Assembly: GCA_965112155.1 (NCBI GenBank)
Contig: OZ218105.1
DNA from: Podarcis liolepis
Lineage: Eukaryota
DNA: 64,000 nt
Strand: one strand, 5' to 3'
Shown one piece after another: positions 63,359 through 64,000 of the stretch (positions are counted from its first letter, which is position 1; each line of letters starts with the position of its first letter). The position numbers and the translations under genes were made by a program. The notes beneath the pieces were generated by a model. The model saw only the letters and a list, made by a program, of their open reading frames with translations, was not told the origin of the DNA and ran no database searches.

Positions 63359-64000
63359 CTTTTCCTCTGATTCTTCTTTCCCCGCCTGTTCAGGAATATC
63401 TTGGGAAGCAGAAGGAGGGGTCTGGTTCACATTGAGGTTTGGGTCTCCCACAGAAAAAACAGGAATGAGGGGCCTGAGGAATCTGAACTCGCTGCTCAAG
63501 GACCCACCGGTTAAGCAAACGTCGTAGTGGTAACTCCTGGAAAGAGACCCGCTCTGAGAATCGCCACCGTTCTCTGGGATGTCGGGTCTGGCAGGTGGGA
63601 AGTGAGGAGGGGCAGCGATAAAACTTTCCCTGGGATCCCTCCTGCAGATCTTGATGGCAGCAAAGGAAACAATGCAAACGAGGAACACAAAGGAGACTGC
63701 AGCCAGGCAGATCACCAAGTACAAGGTCAAGGTCCCATCTTCTTCTTGCTCCTCTTTACTGACCTCCACAGCCTTCATATATGGATCCGAAAAGCCACCC
63801 ACGGGCACGACATGGAGCATTGCAGTGCTGCTCTGGGGAGGGAGCCCGTTGTCCCTGACCACTATCAGGAGTCTCTGCTTGCTGGTGTCTCGCTCGCTCA
63901 GGGCTCTCCTGGTTCTCACTTCCCCATTCTGGGCTCCTATGCTGAAAAGACCAGGGTCTGTGGCCTTCAGCAGCTCATAGGAAAGCCACGAGTTCTGGCC
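63359..64000 (-). CDS. PCDHB: Protocadherin beta-type exon, subfamily B, 3' part (EC6, TM, cytoplasmic); 5' part beyond the right edge
   Basis: Near-identical to the other B copies. Donor AAG|GTGAAA at 63359. Read-through stop at 63350. Confidence 0.92.

Overview
This is vertebrate genomic DNA. The repeat content (Sauria SINEs, CR1, L2, BovB, Penelope) points to a squamate lizard. The window covers the Pcdh-beta/Pcdh-gamma boundary of the clustered protocadherin locus. Eleven large variable exons lie on the minus strand, two of them cut by the window edges. Reading in the direction of transcription (high to low coordinate), there are eight beta-type exons in a strict B-A-B-A-B-A-B-A alternation of two subfamilies, then a ~10 kb gene-free spacer, then three gamma-A-type exons. 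Each exon whose 5' end is in the window has a CTCF-like conserved promoter element (CSE). Main observations: (1) all eight beta exons end in a phase-0 splice donor exactly 37 codons after the EFRFLRP motif, while their stop codons are not conserved, which suggests these beta exons splice to a constant region; (2) EC4-EC6, TM and cytoplasmic segments are homogenised within each subfamily while EC1-EC3 diverge; (3) one beta copy has a nonsense codon in its signal peptide but an otherwise intact ~800-codon frame; (4) a promoter with its CTCF site is duplicated and has no exon of its own; (5) the boundary gamma gene has a 31-aa insertion in EC5; (6) beta CSEs lack the CGCT/CpG box; (7) there are several nested transposon structures. 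Splicing, expression and CTCF binding are inferences from sequence only.
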